Shown piece by piece: positions 40,504 to 49,936 of a stretch of 50,942 nt of DNA; the stretch's first letter is position 1, and each line of letters starts with the position of its first letter. The stretch covers positions 1 through 50,942 of the forward strand of contig CAYUFI010000004.1 in assembly GCA_964444175.1 (NCBI GenBank). The letters are read 5' to 3'. The DNA is from an uncultured Clostridiaceae bacterium. GTDB lineage: Bacteria; Bacillota_I; Bacilli_A; RFN20; CAG-288. Below the pieces are notes generated by a model. It did not search any database. It saw only the letters and a program-made list of their open reading frames with translations, and was not told where the DNA came from. The translations under genes were made by a program, and so were the position numbers.

Positions 40504-43149
40504 TTACGCCCGGACCGAGCTTTCTTTTTTCTGCTTCCGCTTCGAAAGGAAATATAGAGTGAAATACGTCCCGAGCATGAAGACCAAGATGCCGATGAGG
40601 AGATAAAGGACGACCCGCCAGAATTCGGCGGAGAACACGGAGAAATCCACGCCGGAAAGACGTCCGCTCTTATCGAAGGCGATGACGAAGGCCGCGACGG
40701 CCGCCGATAAGAAGAAGACGAGGAAGCGGTAAAGATTAAAAGGCAGGCACAGCGTCAGCACCATCATGAATCCGGAAAAGTCCATGGTCAGGACGATCAT
40801 CGAGCGCGTAAGCTGGGCGTAGGTCTCCGGATCGGAGATGTTGTCCTGCCCGTAGGCGATGCAGATCATGGCGCTGACGAACATGCAGAGTGCCGGAGGC
40901 ACTGCTTTTTTCACGACTTCGGTGAAGAACTTCCCCCGGATCTTTTCCCCGTTGGGCTGGAGTCCCAAGAAGAACGCGTCGATGCCGATCGGCAGCGTCT
41001 CGAGTATCAGCATCGATCCGGTGCGCAAAGGATACGCGAACGAGCGTCCGAAGAACAGCGAGAGGAGAGAAGAAAAAGACAGGGCGACGACGAAAAGGGT
41101 CTTCATGATGAATAAGGAGGCAGAGGACTGGATGTTGTTCACGACCCTCCTTCCCTCAAAGACGATCGAGGACATTCGGGAGAAATCAGAATCGAGGAGG
41201 ATGACGTGGGCGGCCGAACGGGTCGCGGCGGCTCCGTTGGCCATGCCGACGGCGCAGTCGGCTTCCTTCATGGCCAGGATGTCGTTGATGCCGTCCCCGG
41301 TCATGGCGACGGTGTGCCCTTTCGCCTTCAGGGCGTGGACGAGGACCGCCTTCTGTTCGGGCGAGACGCGTCCGAACACGGAGTACTTGTCCGCGATTTC
41401 GGCGGTCTGTTCAAGGCTCAGTCCGGCCAGCGAGATGAAACGGTCGGCATCCGGGACGCCGGCGCGCCGGGCGATCGAAGCGACGGTGACGGCCGAATCA
41501 CCGGAGATGACCTTGACTTCGACGTTGTTGTCCAAGAACCACTGGATGGTCTTTTTGGCGGATTCGCGGATGTGGTTCGAAAGGAGCAGGAGGAAGAGCG
41601 GCCTCTTCTTTCCGGCAATGCCGGAATCGGTGAGTTTATCGGCCTTCAGGAAGACCAGCACGCGCATTTCCTGCTGCTGGTACGAGCGGATTTCTTCAAA
41701 CAGTTCGGCATTCCCTTTTTCCTCGAGCAGCATCTCCGGAGCTCCGAGGACGTAGACGCCCTGTTTGGAAAAGGAGACCGCGGAGTACTTCCTTTCGGAC
41801 GAGAACGGGAGGGTCTTTTCGACCGTCCACGTGTTCTTTCTTCCGTAATGGTCCGCCAGCGCGAGAGAAGTCTTGTTATCGGATTCGGCGAGCGCCCCCA
41901 GGAATTCCGTTAGAGCTTCCGTCCCGTCTTCCTTTTTGGAGAGAGAGATTTCTTTTTCGAAGGTCAGCAGCTCGTCGGTCAGTGTCCCGGTCTTATCGAA
42001 GCAGACGCAGTCGACCCGGGCGAGACGCTCGATGGAATAGATGTCCTGGACGAGCGTGTTCTCTTTCGCCAGGCGCAGTACTCCCACGGTCAAAGCGACC
42101 GAAGTCAGAAGGACGAGCCCGGAAGGGATCATCCCGATCATCGAGGACGAAGAGGATATCACGGAATTGGAGAACATTTCGAGATTGAAGGGGCTATTAA
42201 AAATACCTCCGACGAGCGTGGAGTAATTGTTCAATAGCAGAAGGACGCCGATCGGGACGACGATGAACGAGACCACGCGGATGAACGAGGAAATCGAGCG
42301 GTAGAGGGCCGAAGTCGTCGTGCGCATGGATTTCGCCTGCTTGGCAAGCTGGCCCATGAAGGTGTCTTCCCCGACGGAATTGACCTGGCAGACGGCTTTT
42401 CCCGAAACGATCAGAGAACCGGAAAGCAGCAGATCGCCTTCCTTCTTGGAGACGGGCTTGGATTCGCCGGTCTGCTGGGATTCGTTCACTTCGACCGCGC
42501 CGCTCTTCAGGATGCAGTCGGTCGCGACCTGTTCGCCGCTTTTGAGGACGACGATGTCGTCGAGCACGAGTTCTTCCGGCGTAATCTGGTACGTCTCCGA
42601 ATTGCGGACGACGGTCGCCTTCGGGGCAATCATCAGTTTCATCCGGTCAGTCGTGATTTTCGCCTTGATCTGCTGATAGACCCCGATGACGAGATTGGCA
42701 AAGACGATGAAGACGAACGTGAAATCCGTCAGATGGACCTTCTCGGTGGAATACGGGGAAAAGACCAGCATCAGGACGGCCAGCGAAATCATCAGAATGT
42801 TGAAATACGTCAGGAAATTCTCGCGGATGATCTTCCCGACGGACTTGGTGTATTTTGCCGGGACGGTGTTCTTCAGGCCCTGCTCGTTCCGGATGCGGAC
42901 CATGTCCGAGGAAAGCCCGCGCTCGGGCGAAGGGAAATAGCGCTCGATTTCCGCCTTGGATTTCGCCTGTTCGTACGAATTGATATCGCTCGAACGGCGG
43001 AACAGAGGGAATTTCTTCTTTTTTTCCTGCGCTTCCGCTTGGTTCAGACGTTCGAAAAGTTCTTTCTTGTCGATGCCGGAGACAGCTTCCGCCGGCTTGG
43101 GTGAGGTTTCCTGCCGCTCTTCTTTCTTCCGCTCCTTCTTTCCGAACAT
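40504..43149 (-). CDS. Cation-translocating P-type ATPase (P2-like, substrate not assignable)
   Basis: Motifs DKTGTLT, TGDGINDILAMKEAD and about 10 TM segments. The TM4 motif reads IPSGL rather than PEGL. The N-terminal extension is basic. AAGGAG lies 9 nt upstream, and the start is 14 nt after the rsmI stop. Confidence 0.85.
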   Translation of the reverse strand: MFGKKERKKEERQETSPKPAEAVSGIDKKELFERLNQAEAQEKKKKFPLFRRSSDINSYEQAKSKAEIERYFPSPERGLSSDMVRIRNEQGLKNTVPAKYTKSVGKIIRENFLTYFNILMISLAVLMLVFSPYSTEKVHLTDFTFVFIVFANLVIGVYQQIKAKITTDRMKLMIAPKATVVRNSETYQITPEELVLDDIVVLKSGEQVATDCILKSGAVEVNESQQTGESKPVSKKEGDLLLSGSLIVSGKAVCQVNSVGEDTFMGQLAKQAKSMRTTTSALYRSISSFIRVVSFIVVPIGVLLLLNNYSTLVGGIFNSPFNLEMFSNSVISSSSSMIGMIPSGLVLLTSVALTVGVLRLAKENTLVQDIYSIERLARVDCVCFDKTGTLTDELLTFEKEISLSKKEDGTEALTEFLGALAESDNKTSLALADHYGRKNTWTVEKTLPFSSERKYSAVSFSKQGVYVLGAPEMLLEEKGNAELFEEIRSYQQQEMRVLVFLKADKLTDSGIAGKKRPLFLLLLSNHIRESAKKTIQWFLDNNVEVKVISGDSAVTVASIARRAGVPDADRFISLAGLSLEQTAEIADKYSVFGRVSPEQKAVLVHALKAKGHTVAMTGDGINDILAMKEADCAVGMANGAAATRSAAHVILLDSDFSRMSSIVFEGRRVVNNIQSSASLFIMKTLFVVALSFSSLLSLFFGRSFAYPLRTGSMLILETLPIGIDAFFLGLQPNGEKIRGKFFTEVVKKAVPPALCMFVSAMICIAYGQDNISDPETYAQLTRSMIVLTMDFSGFMMVLTLCLPFNLYRFLVFFLSAAVAAFVIAFDKSGRLSGVDFSVFSAEFWRVVLYLLIGILVFMLGTYFTLYFLSKRKQKKESSVRA

Positions 43150-43163
43150 GAAAACGGGGCTCC

Positions 43164-44033
43164 TTATAAATCCTTGATCAGGATGTAGACCGTGTCCTTC
43201 GGGACGGAATATTCCGCGGCGAGGATCTTGGCGATCTTCGTCTTCTTCTCGCCGGATTCCAGCATCTTCTTTGCTTCTTCCAGCACGGTCTTTTCGTCGA
43301 ACGCCTTTTCTTCTTTCTTGTGTCCTTCGACGACGATCACGAATTCGCCTTTGAGCGTAAGGATATCAAAGGAGGAGCAGATTTCCCCTAACGTCCCGTA
43401 AATGTTCTCCTCGTGGATTTTCGTCAGCTCCCGCGAGACGGAAACGCGGCGGTCTTCCCCGAAACTATCCCTTAAATCCTCCATCATTTCCGTAAAACGG
43501 TGCGGAGCTTCGTAAAAAATGAGCGTCTCGGGACGGTCTTTCAGCGTCGAAAGCAGTTTCTTCCTCGCGGAAGACTTGACCGGAAGGAACCCGTAGAACG
43601 AAAAATCCGCGGTGTCGAATCCGGAAGCGACCAGAGCCGAAACGAAAGCGGTCGGGCCGGGGATGGTCGAGACGGGGATTCCCTCTTCTAGGGCGATTTG
43701 GGCGAGCAGAGCGCCCGGATCGGAGATGCCCGGCATGCCCGCGTCGGAGACGAAGGCGGCCATCAGTTTTTCCTCCTTCATCTGGGCGACGATCTTCCTG
43801 CCTTTTTCTTCTTCCTTCTGGGAATAGCACGAAACGAGCTTCTTCATCGGAAGCTTCAGTTTTTCTAACAGGGACGCGGTCATCCTCGTATCTTCGCAGA
43901 CGACTAGATCCGCCTCGGTCAGGATTTCCCTCGCGCGCACGGAAAAATCACCGATGTTTCCGATCGGCGTTCCGACCAGGTACAGAATCGGCTTTTCCTC
44001 TCCTCCGAACGGCCGGTTGAATTTAAGCGCCAT
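43164..44033 (-). CDS. rsmI: 16S rRNA (cytidine1402-2'-O)-methyltransferase
   Basis: Tetrapyrrole-methylase fold. The N-terminus LYLVGTPIGNIGDFS and CEDTR match RsmI. 289 aa. Confidence 0.9.
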   Translation of the reverse strand: MALKFNRPFGGEEKPILYLVGTPIGNIGDFSVRAREILTEADLVVCEDTRMTASLLEKLKLPMKKLVSCYSQKEEEKGRKIVAQMKEEKLMAAFVSDAGMPGISDPGALLAQIALEEGIPVSTIPGPTAFVSALVASGFDTADFSFYGFLPVKSSARKKLLSTLKDRPETLIFYEAPHRFTEMMEDLRDSFGEDRRVSVSRELTKIHEENIYGTLGEICSSFDILTLKGEFVIVVEGHKKEEKAFDEKTVLEEAKKMLESGEKKTKIAKILAAEYSVPKDTVYILIKDL

Positions 44034-45351
44034 GGCCGTTATTTCCCCGGTTGTTTTTATCTGGCTTCGGATTGTTGGACGGGCGTCTGTTCTGTCCGTT
44101 CTTCGGATTCGGACGGGATTTCCCGTTATTCGGATTCCCCCTGTTCTGGGCGTTCTTTCCGTTCGGACGGGCGTTCGTGTTGTTATTCCCGTTCTTCGGG
44201 TTGCTGTTGCTCTGCCCTTTTCCGTTCGGACGGTTCGGGCGGGAGCGGTTGTTGCCGTTTCCTTTCTTGTTGCCCTTGTACATCCAGCGTTCCTCCCCGC
44301 GGAACGGATTCGAATCGGAATTCCTGTTCCTTCCGTCCGGGCGGTTTCCGCTATTGTTTCCGTTGCGGTTTTTCAGATTCGGATTCTTCTTGGCGGAACG
44401 GCTTCTGTCGAGCGAACGGATGCGTTCCTGCTCGGCTTTCTTGGCCTCGATGACCGCCTCGGATTTCGAAGCCGGATGGACGATTCCGAGATCGGACGGT
44501 TTCGGAAGTTCGGCCGAAGAAGGAGTCGCCGTAACAGAAGGAGAATACGTCTTTCCTTCCTTGATCGCGTTGAATCCGTCGAGGGAAATGGTCTTCATGT
44601 CGTCGGGAGAAGAGAGGGTCACGGTACGCGAAAGGATGTTCACCGAGGAGACCTTCATCGTCTTGCCTTCGTAAACGACGGCCGTGCCGTTTCTAGGATA
44701 GTTCGGGCGTTCCCGCACGTACGCTTCGTCTTCGTATTTGAGGCAGCAGATCAGCTTCCCGCACTGGCCGGAAAGCTTCGGGATGTTGATGGCGAGCATC
44801 TGGTCCTTGGCCATCGCGATCGAGATCCCGTCGAAAGAGGACAGGAACGTGGAGCAGCATAACGGCAGGCCGCAGATGCCGAGTCCGCCGACCATCTTGG
44901 CCTTGTCGCGCGGGCCGACCTGCTTCATTTCAATCCGGGCGTGCACGAGGTGCGGAAGGACGTGCAAAAGGCTGCGGAAATCCACGCGGGAATCCGCCGT
45001 GTAAAGCACGGTCGCCTTCTGTCCGTCGAGGGAAGTGATGAGACGGAAGATCTGCATGTCGAGGCCTTCGTCCGAAGCTTCCTTCTGCACGAGCGGAAGC
45101 AGGCGTTCGTCCTGCTCGGCGTTGGTCTTGGCCGAAATCAGGTCCGTCTTGGACGCTTTGCGCTCGAGCGGGACGTAGATTTCTGTGTTCTCCCCTTCGC
45201 GCACGAGGCGGACGTTCACGACCTTGCCGAGATATTCGTTCCCGCCGTCGTTGATGACGACGTCGTCGTGAACCGAAACGGGTTCTTCGGCGTACGCGTA
45301 TGTGAGCGTAGGCTCGTTGACTTTGACTCCGACGATATAAGCTTCACCCAT
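44023..45351 (-). CDS. yaaT: PSP1-domain protein YaaT/RicT-like with long N/G/R/P-rich C-terminal extension
   Basis: The PSP1 core has a conserved Cys cluster (GLPLCCSTFL...GQCGKLICCLKYE). The start MGEAYIV at 45351 lies 2 nt after the holB stop. The last ~130 aa or more are low-complexity sequence (NGNNSGNRPDGRNRN...NPKNGNNNTNARPNGKN...). Confidence 0.85.
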   Translation of the reverse strand: MGEAYIVGVKVNEPTLTYAYAEEPVSVHDDVVINDGGNEYLGKVVNVRLVREGENTEIYVPLERKASKTDLISAKTNAEQDERLLPLVQKEASDEGLDMQIFRLITSLDGQKATVLYTADSRVDFRSLLHVLPHLVHARIEMKQVGPRDKAKMVGGLGICGLPLCCSTFLSSFDGISIAMAKDQMLAINIPKLSGQCGKLICCLKYEDEAYVRERPNYPRNGTAVVYEGKTMKVSSVNILSRTVTLSSPDDMKTISLDGFNAIKEGKTYSPSVTATPSSAELPKPSDLGIVHPASKSEAVIEAKKAEQERIRSLDRSRSAKKNPNLKNRNGNNSGNRPDGRNRNSDSNPFRGEERWMYKGNKKGNGNNRSRPNRPNGKGQSNSNPKNGNNNTNARPNGKNAQNRGNPNNGKSRPNPKNGQNRRPSNNPKPDKNNRGNNGHGA

Positions 45352-45353
45352 GG

Positions 45354-46316
45354 TTATTGTTCCTCCAAAAGACAAGAAAGACGTGCCAGCATCAGAGCGC
45401 CGTTCATGTTGGCGTTCAGTTTGCTCTTGGCTTCGTCCAGAAGCAGGATCGCCTTCGGCAGGCGGTCGCGGTATTGATTCAGACCGGGCAGCAGTTCCTT
45501 CAGAATTTCCCTCCCTTCGCCGAGATAAGCGGAGCGGAACAGGATGCTTAAGAACCGGTACAGGTTATTATAACATGCATTCCCTTTCAGATTTTTCGAG
45601 GTGGCCTGAATCAGGTCGAAGCAGGCCGCGTCCGGCCCGAAGCTCTCCATATCCTTGCAGAACTGAAGAGTCAGGTCGTACGCCGTCTGGAACTCGGGGC
45701 TATCCATCAGCTCCTCTTTCGCCTGTTCGTCGTAGACCTGGTTCGAAGCGAAATAATAGGCGGCCTTTTCGTGTTTCCCCGTATAATTTTCGGCCCGTGC
45801 GACCAGATTCGGCGTTTCGATCTTCACCCGCTCGCAGCGGGAGACGATCGTCGGAAGGACCGCTTCAACGTTCGAAGTGGTCAAAAAAGCGATCGTGTTC
45901 CCCGACGGTTCCTCGATGGTCTTCAAAAGCGCGTTGATTCCTTCCACGGAAATGTTCTCCACGTGGTTGATGACGTAGCAGGAGATGTGTCCTTTTTCGA
46001 CCGAGGACATCGACGTGAAATCTTCGAGGTCCTGGATGTCCTGCTTCTTGATCCGGCCCTGTCCGCCGTCGATAAGCAGGAAATCCGGCGCGTTTCCTTC
46101 GTCGAACCGATGGCACGCGGCGCACTTTCCGCAGGCCAGCACCGACTCGGTGCAGAACAAAGATTTCGCCAGATAGAGGGCGCTGTCGAGCAGAGGCGCG
46201 GAAGGCTCGCCGAAAAGCAGGAACGCGTGCGAAAGGTGGTCGTTTTTCCGCGCGTTCGTAAAAAGCTTCGCGAGCTTCTTCTGTTCTTTGACGAAAGCGT
46301 CTTCCGTATAAGCCAT
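45354..46316 (-). CDS. holB: DNA polymerase III delta-prime subunit
   Basis: Degenerate AAA+ clamp-loader fold (HAFLLFGEPS) with zinc module CGKCAACHRF and a DEV-box-like region. Its position between tmk and yaaT matches Bacillus. Confidence 0.85.
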   Translation of the reverse strand: MAYTEDAFVKEQKKLAKLFTNARKNDHLSHAFLLFGEPSAPLLDSALYLAKSLFCTESVLACGKCAACHRFDEGNAPDFLLIDGGQGRIKKQDIQDLEDFTSMSSVEKGHISCYVINHVENISVEGINALLKTIEEPSGNTIAFLTTSNVEAVLPTIVSRCERVKIETPNLVARAENYTGKHEKAAYYFASNQVYDEQAKEELMDSPEFQTAYDLTLQFCKDMESFGPDAACFDLIQATSKNLKGNACYNNLYRFLSILFRSAYLGEGREILKELLPGLNQYRDRLPKAILLLDEAKSKLNANMNGALMLARLSCLLEEQ

Positions 46317-46319
46317 GGT

Positions 46320-46979
46320 CTATTTCTTCCCCGCCAAAAACGCGTCGAGCTTTTCCTTCAGAACGGCATAGGTCTCTAGACGCACTTCCTCGGGGCTCTT
46401 CTCCCCGTCGATGCGGATGAAACGGTCCGCGAAGCGCTTCTCGAGTTCCTTATAGCCCTTGTAGACCCTCTGATGAAATTCAAGCTTTTCCGCGTCGAGC
46501 CGGTCGACCTTGTCTTCCCGGTTCTTCCGGATCCTTGCGAGCCCGACTTCCGGACGCACGTCGAAGAACAGCGTCCAGTCCGGCAGCCGCCCGTCGATGG
46601 CGAACATGTTGATTGAAAGGATCTCGTCCGCCCCGAGATTCCTTCCGTAACCCTGATAGGCCAAGGAGGAATCGACGTAGCGGTCGGTCAAAACAATCTT
46701 CCCCGCGTCGAGCAGGGGGAAGATGTCCTGATTCATCAGCTGGCAGCGCGAAGCCGCGTAAAGGAGGGCTTCTGTCTTGGGATTTTCATCGGTGTTTTCC
46801 TTATCCAGGATCAGGGAACGGATCTTTTCGGAGATGCGGTTCCCTCCCGGTTCGCGGGTCAGCAGGAATTCGTATCCCTCGTCCTTCAGCCTTCCGCACG
46901 CGTAGGAAAGAGCCGACGACTTCCCCGAGCCGTCCCCGCCTTCAATCGATATCAGCAGTCCGCGGTCCATATGCATCAT
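46320..46979 (-). CDS. tmk: Thymidylate kinase
   Basis: P-loop IEGGDGSGKSS, TREPGG and DRY motifs. The start ATG at 46979 forms an ATGA overlap with the recR stop. The 352-aa ORF-track version is an Arg-rich out-of-frame extension over recR. Confidence 0.9.
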   Translation of the reverse strand: MMHMDRGLLISIEGGDGSGKSSALSYACGRLKDEGYEFLLTREPGGNRISEKIRSLILDKENTDENPKTEALLYAASRCQLMNQDIFPLLDAGKIVLTDRYVDSSLAYQGYGRNLGADEILSINMFAIDGRLPDWTLFFDVRPEVGLARIRKNREDKVDRLDAEKLEFHQRVYKGYKELEKRFADRFIRIDGEKSPEEVRLETYAVLKEKLDAFLAGKK

Positions 46980-47581
46980 TCTTCCCCTTTCATGTCGGTA
47001 CGCGCCGAGAACGCACGTTCGATCGTGCGTTCGTCGACGTATTCGAGATCCGCCCCGACCGGTAGACCGTAAGCGAGGCGGGTGATCTTCATCCCGGTGT
47101 CTTCCAAAACCGTGGCGATGTATTTCGCCGTCAGTTCCCCGTCCATCGTCGACGAGCAGGCGACGATGACTTCCGAAATCTTTCCGTCCGCAACGCGCTG
47201 TTTCAGTTCGGGAACCCCGATTTCGTTCGGCCCGATTCCCTTCACGGCGCTGAGATTCCCCGCGAGGACGAAATAGAGCCCGCGGTATTTCCCCCGCTCG
47301 AAGGAGAGGATGTTCTTCGCGTCCGTCACGACGAGGAGCTTCCCGTGATCGCGTGAAGGATCGTCGCAGACCGGGCACTTTTCCGAGTCAATCGGCATAT
47401 GGCACTTCGGGCACAGGTGCACGTTTTCCTCGACGTTCTTCAGACTGTCCACGAATGCCTCGAGTTCCTCGCGTGAAAAGCCGAGCGTCGCGTAAGCGAG
47501 GCGTTCCGCCGTCTTGTTCCCGATTCCCGGAAGCTTCTTATAGGAAGCGATCAGCCGGGTGACCGCATCAATCTGTTCCAT
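46976..47581 (-). CDS. recR: Recombination protein RecR
   Basis: N-terminal HhH, C4 zinc finger CPKCHMPIDSEKCPVCDD, and a Toprim domain (LLVVTDAKNILSFE). Confidence 0.95.
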   Translation of the reverse strand: MEQIDAVTRLIASYKKLPGIGNKTAERLAYATLGFSREELEAFVDSLKNVEENVHLCPKCHMPIDSEKCPVCDDPSRDHGKLLVVTDAKNILSFERGKYRGLYFVLAGNLSAVKGIGPNEIGVPELKQRVADGKISEVIVACSSTMDGELTAKYIATVLEDTGMKITRLAYGLPVGADLEYVDERTIERAFSARTDMKGEE

Positions 47582-47880
47582 TAAAATCCGCCGCCTAAGG
47601 AAGAACGCATCGAATTCGCGAGGTCTTCCTGCGCTTTCTTAATCTGGTCGAGCACGTTCTGGAAGGCGAGCTTCACCATGTCCTCGAGGCCTTCCTTGTC
47701 GGAAGGATCGATCGCGTCCTGGAGAATATCGACCTTTTCGACCTTGTAATTCCCGTACATCGAGACCTTGACCGCTCCGCCGGCTTCCCCGGTGAAGAGC
47801 GTCTCCTCGATCTCTTTCTGCTTCTTCTGCATCTCTTCCTGCATCTGCTGCGCCTGGCGCATCAATTTATTAAAATCCAT
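47581..47880 (-). CDS. ybaB: Nucleoid-associated protein YbaB/EbfC
   Basis: 99 aa. MRQAQQMQEEMQKKQKEIEE and GGAVKV... are typical of the family. It sits between dnaX and recR. Confidence 0.9.
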   Translation of the reverse strand: MDFNKLMRQAQQMQEEMQKKQKEIEETLFTGEAGGAVKVSMYGNYKVEKVDILQDAIDPSDKEGLEDMVKLAFQNVLDQIKKAQEDLANSMRSSLGGGF

Positions 47881-47911
47881 TTTGTTCTTTCCTTTCCTGA
47901 AATTTCATTCC

Positions 47912-49750
47912 TTATTTTTTTCCGAATCCCATCATGTCGAGGAAGCGGGAGGCGTTGTCGGCCTGTTTCTCCTCGGACGTCCTCTCCATTTCCGCGGAAG
48001 GTGCTGACGGAGCCGGTTCTTCCTTCTCGGTTTCTTCCGCCTCAGAAGGAAGGACAATCGGTTTCGGATCCGGCAGCTGCCCCGCCTGGTTCAGTTCCAT
48101 GAAGCGGCGCACGTAGTCGATATAGTCATTGTGGATCAGCGCAACGACCTTCATATGGTCCATTCCGAACACGTTCTTCATCAGCAGGCGGATCGCCTCC
48201 TGGTTCGAATAGCGGTTGATGGTCTGGACGGAGGCCTGGAACAGGCTCTTGACGACCAGCACGTCCTCGGTCGCGATGACCGGGACCGTCTTGGTCTTCA
48301 GTTCGTTGGCGAGGTACATCGACGGATCGGAAACGGACACGGTGGACAGTTTTTCGTCCCAGGAATGCAGGATCGTGTTCTTCAGCTGCTTGTTCCCCTG
48401 AACCATGATGTTCAGGATGAAGTTCTGATCCGGCGTGAACAAATCGCTTCCGGCGGGTTTAGGGACATATTCGTCGATGGTCGAAGTCCGAATCGTCTGA
48501 ACCGGGGTTGAAACGGATTCGGACGGAGAAGAAGGCGTTTCTTCCTTGGCGGGCGCTTTCGTCTGGACGGGAGCGGGGATAGGAGCAGGCGTTACGGCCG
48601 GCGCGGCCTGATTCGATGTAGGGGCGGAGACGGGTTTCTGCGTTTCGTTAGGAGCCGAGCTTCCGACGATTTCGACGTCGGACGGTTTCAGGCTCAGGTC
48701 GAGCAGCGTCATTTCGAACGTGTCGAACGGGCTCGCGGCGGAGCGGTATTCCCTTCTCGCCTTGATCAGCGTATTCAGGCAGGAACGGATTTCCGAAGGG
48801 GAAATCGCGATTTTGATGGCTTCTTCCGGCTTGAGGAACGTCAATAGCGACGGATCCCTCGTGGTCCCGTAGATCAGAAGGTCCTTGTAGATGTTCGTCA
48901 GATCGTCGTGGAGACGGAGGATGTCCGCGCCCTGGGCGTAACGATCCTTGACGAAATGGACGGTCTCCTGAATCTTCCCGAGATGGATGTTCTTGACCAG
49001 CTCGATCTCGTCGTCGACCTTCATCAGTCCGAAAATCGTGTCGACGTCCGCGGCGGTGACTTTCTCGCCCGAATAGGAAATCGCCTGGTCGAGGAGGGAA
49101 AGCGAGTCGCGGACCCCGCCCTGCGCGATGCGGGCGATGGTCTTCAGGGCTTCTTCCTCGTATCCGACCTTTTCCTGTTCGAGGATGTGCTTCATGTTCG
49201 CGATGATGTCCTCGTCGGAGACCTTGGAGAAATTGAAACGCTGGACGCGGGACAGAATCGTCGGAAGGATTTTGTCCGGTTCGGTCGTGGCCAGGATGAA
49301 AATGACGTTTTCCGGCGGTTCCTCGAGCGTCTTCAGAAGCGCGTTGAACGCGCCTCCGGTCATGGAGTGGACCTCGTCGATGATGTAGACCTTGTAGCGT
49401 CCCAAGATTGGGGCGAACCCGACCTGCTCGATCAGGGCACGGACGTTATCCACGCCGGAGTTGCTCGCAGCGTCGATTTCGTAGACGTCCGGATGCTTCC
49501 CCTGCAGGATGTCGACGCAGTCCTCGCAGTGCCCGCACTCGTGTCCGACCCCTTCCGCGCAGTTCAGAGCCTTCGCGAAAAGGCGGGCGATGGTCGTCTT
49601 GCCGGTTCCTCTCGGTCCGCAGAAAAGATAGGCGTGGGCGAGCTTGCCTTCCTTCAAGGCGTTCTGCAACGTGCGGATAATCGGTTTCTGCCCGACGACT
49701 TCCGAGAAAGTCTTCGGACGGTACGTCCTGTAGAGAGCTCTATATGCCAT
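47912..49750 (-). CDS. dnaX: DNA polymerase III subunit gamma/tau
   Basis: Motifs GPRGTGKTT and IIDEVHSMT, zinc module CAEGVGHECGHCEDC, and sensor SRVQRF. A P/A-rich linker precedes the C-terminal tau domains. Confidence 0.95.
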   Translation of the reverse strand: MAYRALYRTYRPKTFSEVVGQKPIIRTLQNALKEGKLAHAYLFCGPRGTGKTTIARLFAKALNCAEGVGHECGHCEDCVDILQGKHPDVYEIDAASNSGVDNVRALIEQVGFAPILGRYKVYIIDEVHSMTGGAFNALLKTLEEPPENVIFILATTEPDKILPTILSRVQRFNFSKVSDEDIIANMKHILEQEKVGYEEEALKTIARIAQGGVRDSLSLLDQAISYSGEKVTAADVDTIFGLMKVDDEIELVKNIHLGKIQETVHFVKDRYAQGADILRLHDDLTNIYKDLLIYGTTRDPSLLTFLKPEEAIKIAISPSEIRSCLNTLIKARREYRSAASPFDTFEMTLLDLSLKPSDVEIVGSSAPNETQKPVSAPTSNQAAPAVTPAPIPAPVQTKAPAKEETPSSPSESVSTPVQTIRTSTIDEYVPKPAGSDLFTPDQNFILNIMVQGNKQLKNTILHSWDEKLSTVSVSDPSMYLANELKTKTVPVIATEDVLVVKSLFQASVQTINRYSNQEAIRLLMKNVFGMDHMKVVALIHNDYIDYVRRFMELNQAGQLPDPKPIVLPSEAEETEKEEPAPSAPSAEMERTSEEKQADNASRFLDMMGFGKK

Positions 49751-49782
49751 TTCGACTTCCCACCTTTCTGCTTTCGTTTTTT

Positions 49783-49788
49783 ATTATA
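49783..49788 (-). promoter_or_regulatory. Candidate -10 box (TATAAT) upstream of dnaX
   Basis: The minus strand reads GGTTGTATAATAAAAAACG about 33 nt upstream of the dnaX ATG. The -35 is weak. Confidence 0.4.
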
Positions 49789-49827
49789 CAACCCAAAGCC
49801 CGTTTCTTTCTGTAAGAAAGAAAACGG

Positions 49828-49868
49828 AAAAGAAGAAAAGAGCCGGGATTCCCGTGGGGAAAACCGGC
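49828..49868 (-). terminator. Putative terminator downstream of prmC
   Basis: Minus-strand hairpin GCCGGttTTCCCcacGGGAAtcCCGGC (10 bp with a 2x2 internal loop), followed by the T-rich run TCTTTTCTTCTTTT. Confidence 0.55.
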
Positions 49869-49936
49869 CGAATGATATAATCCGATAAGAACTGAACGGA
49901 TTTTAACGGAGCTTTTTAAGAAACGGGGTCTGCTTC

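Noticed and set aside
49751-49936. SRP (scRNA/ffs) gene upstream of dnaX, as found in Bacillus subtilis.
   Set aside because: The spacer contains only the prmC terminator hairpin, an AT-rich bulged hairpin (49801-49826) and a TATAAT box. No conserved SRP helix-8 motifs are visible on either strand.
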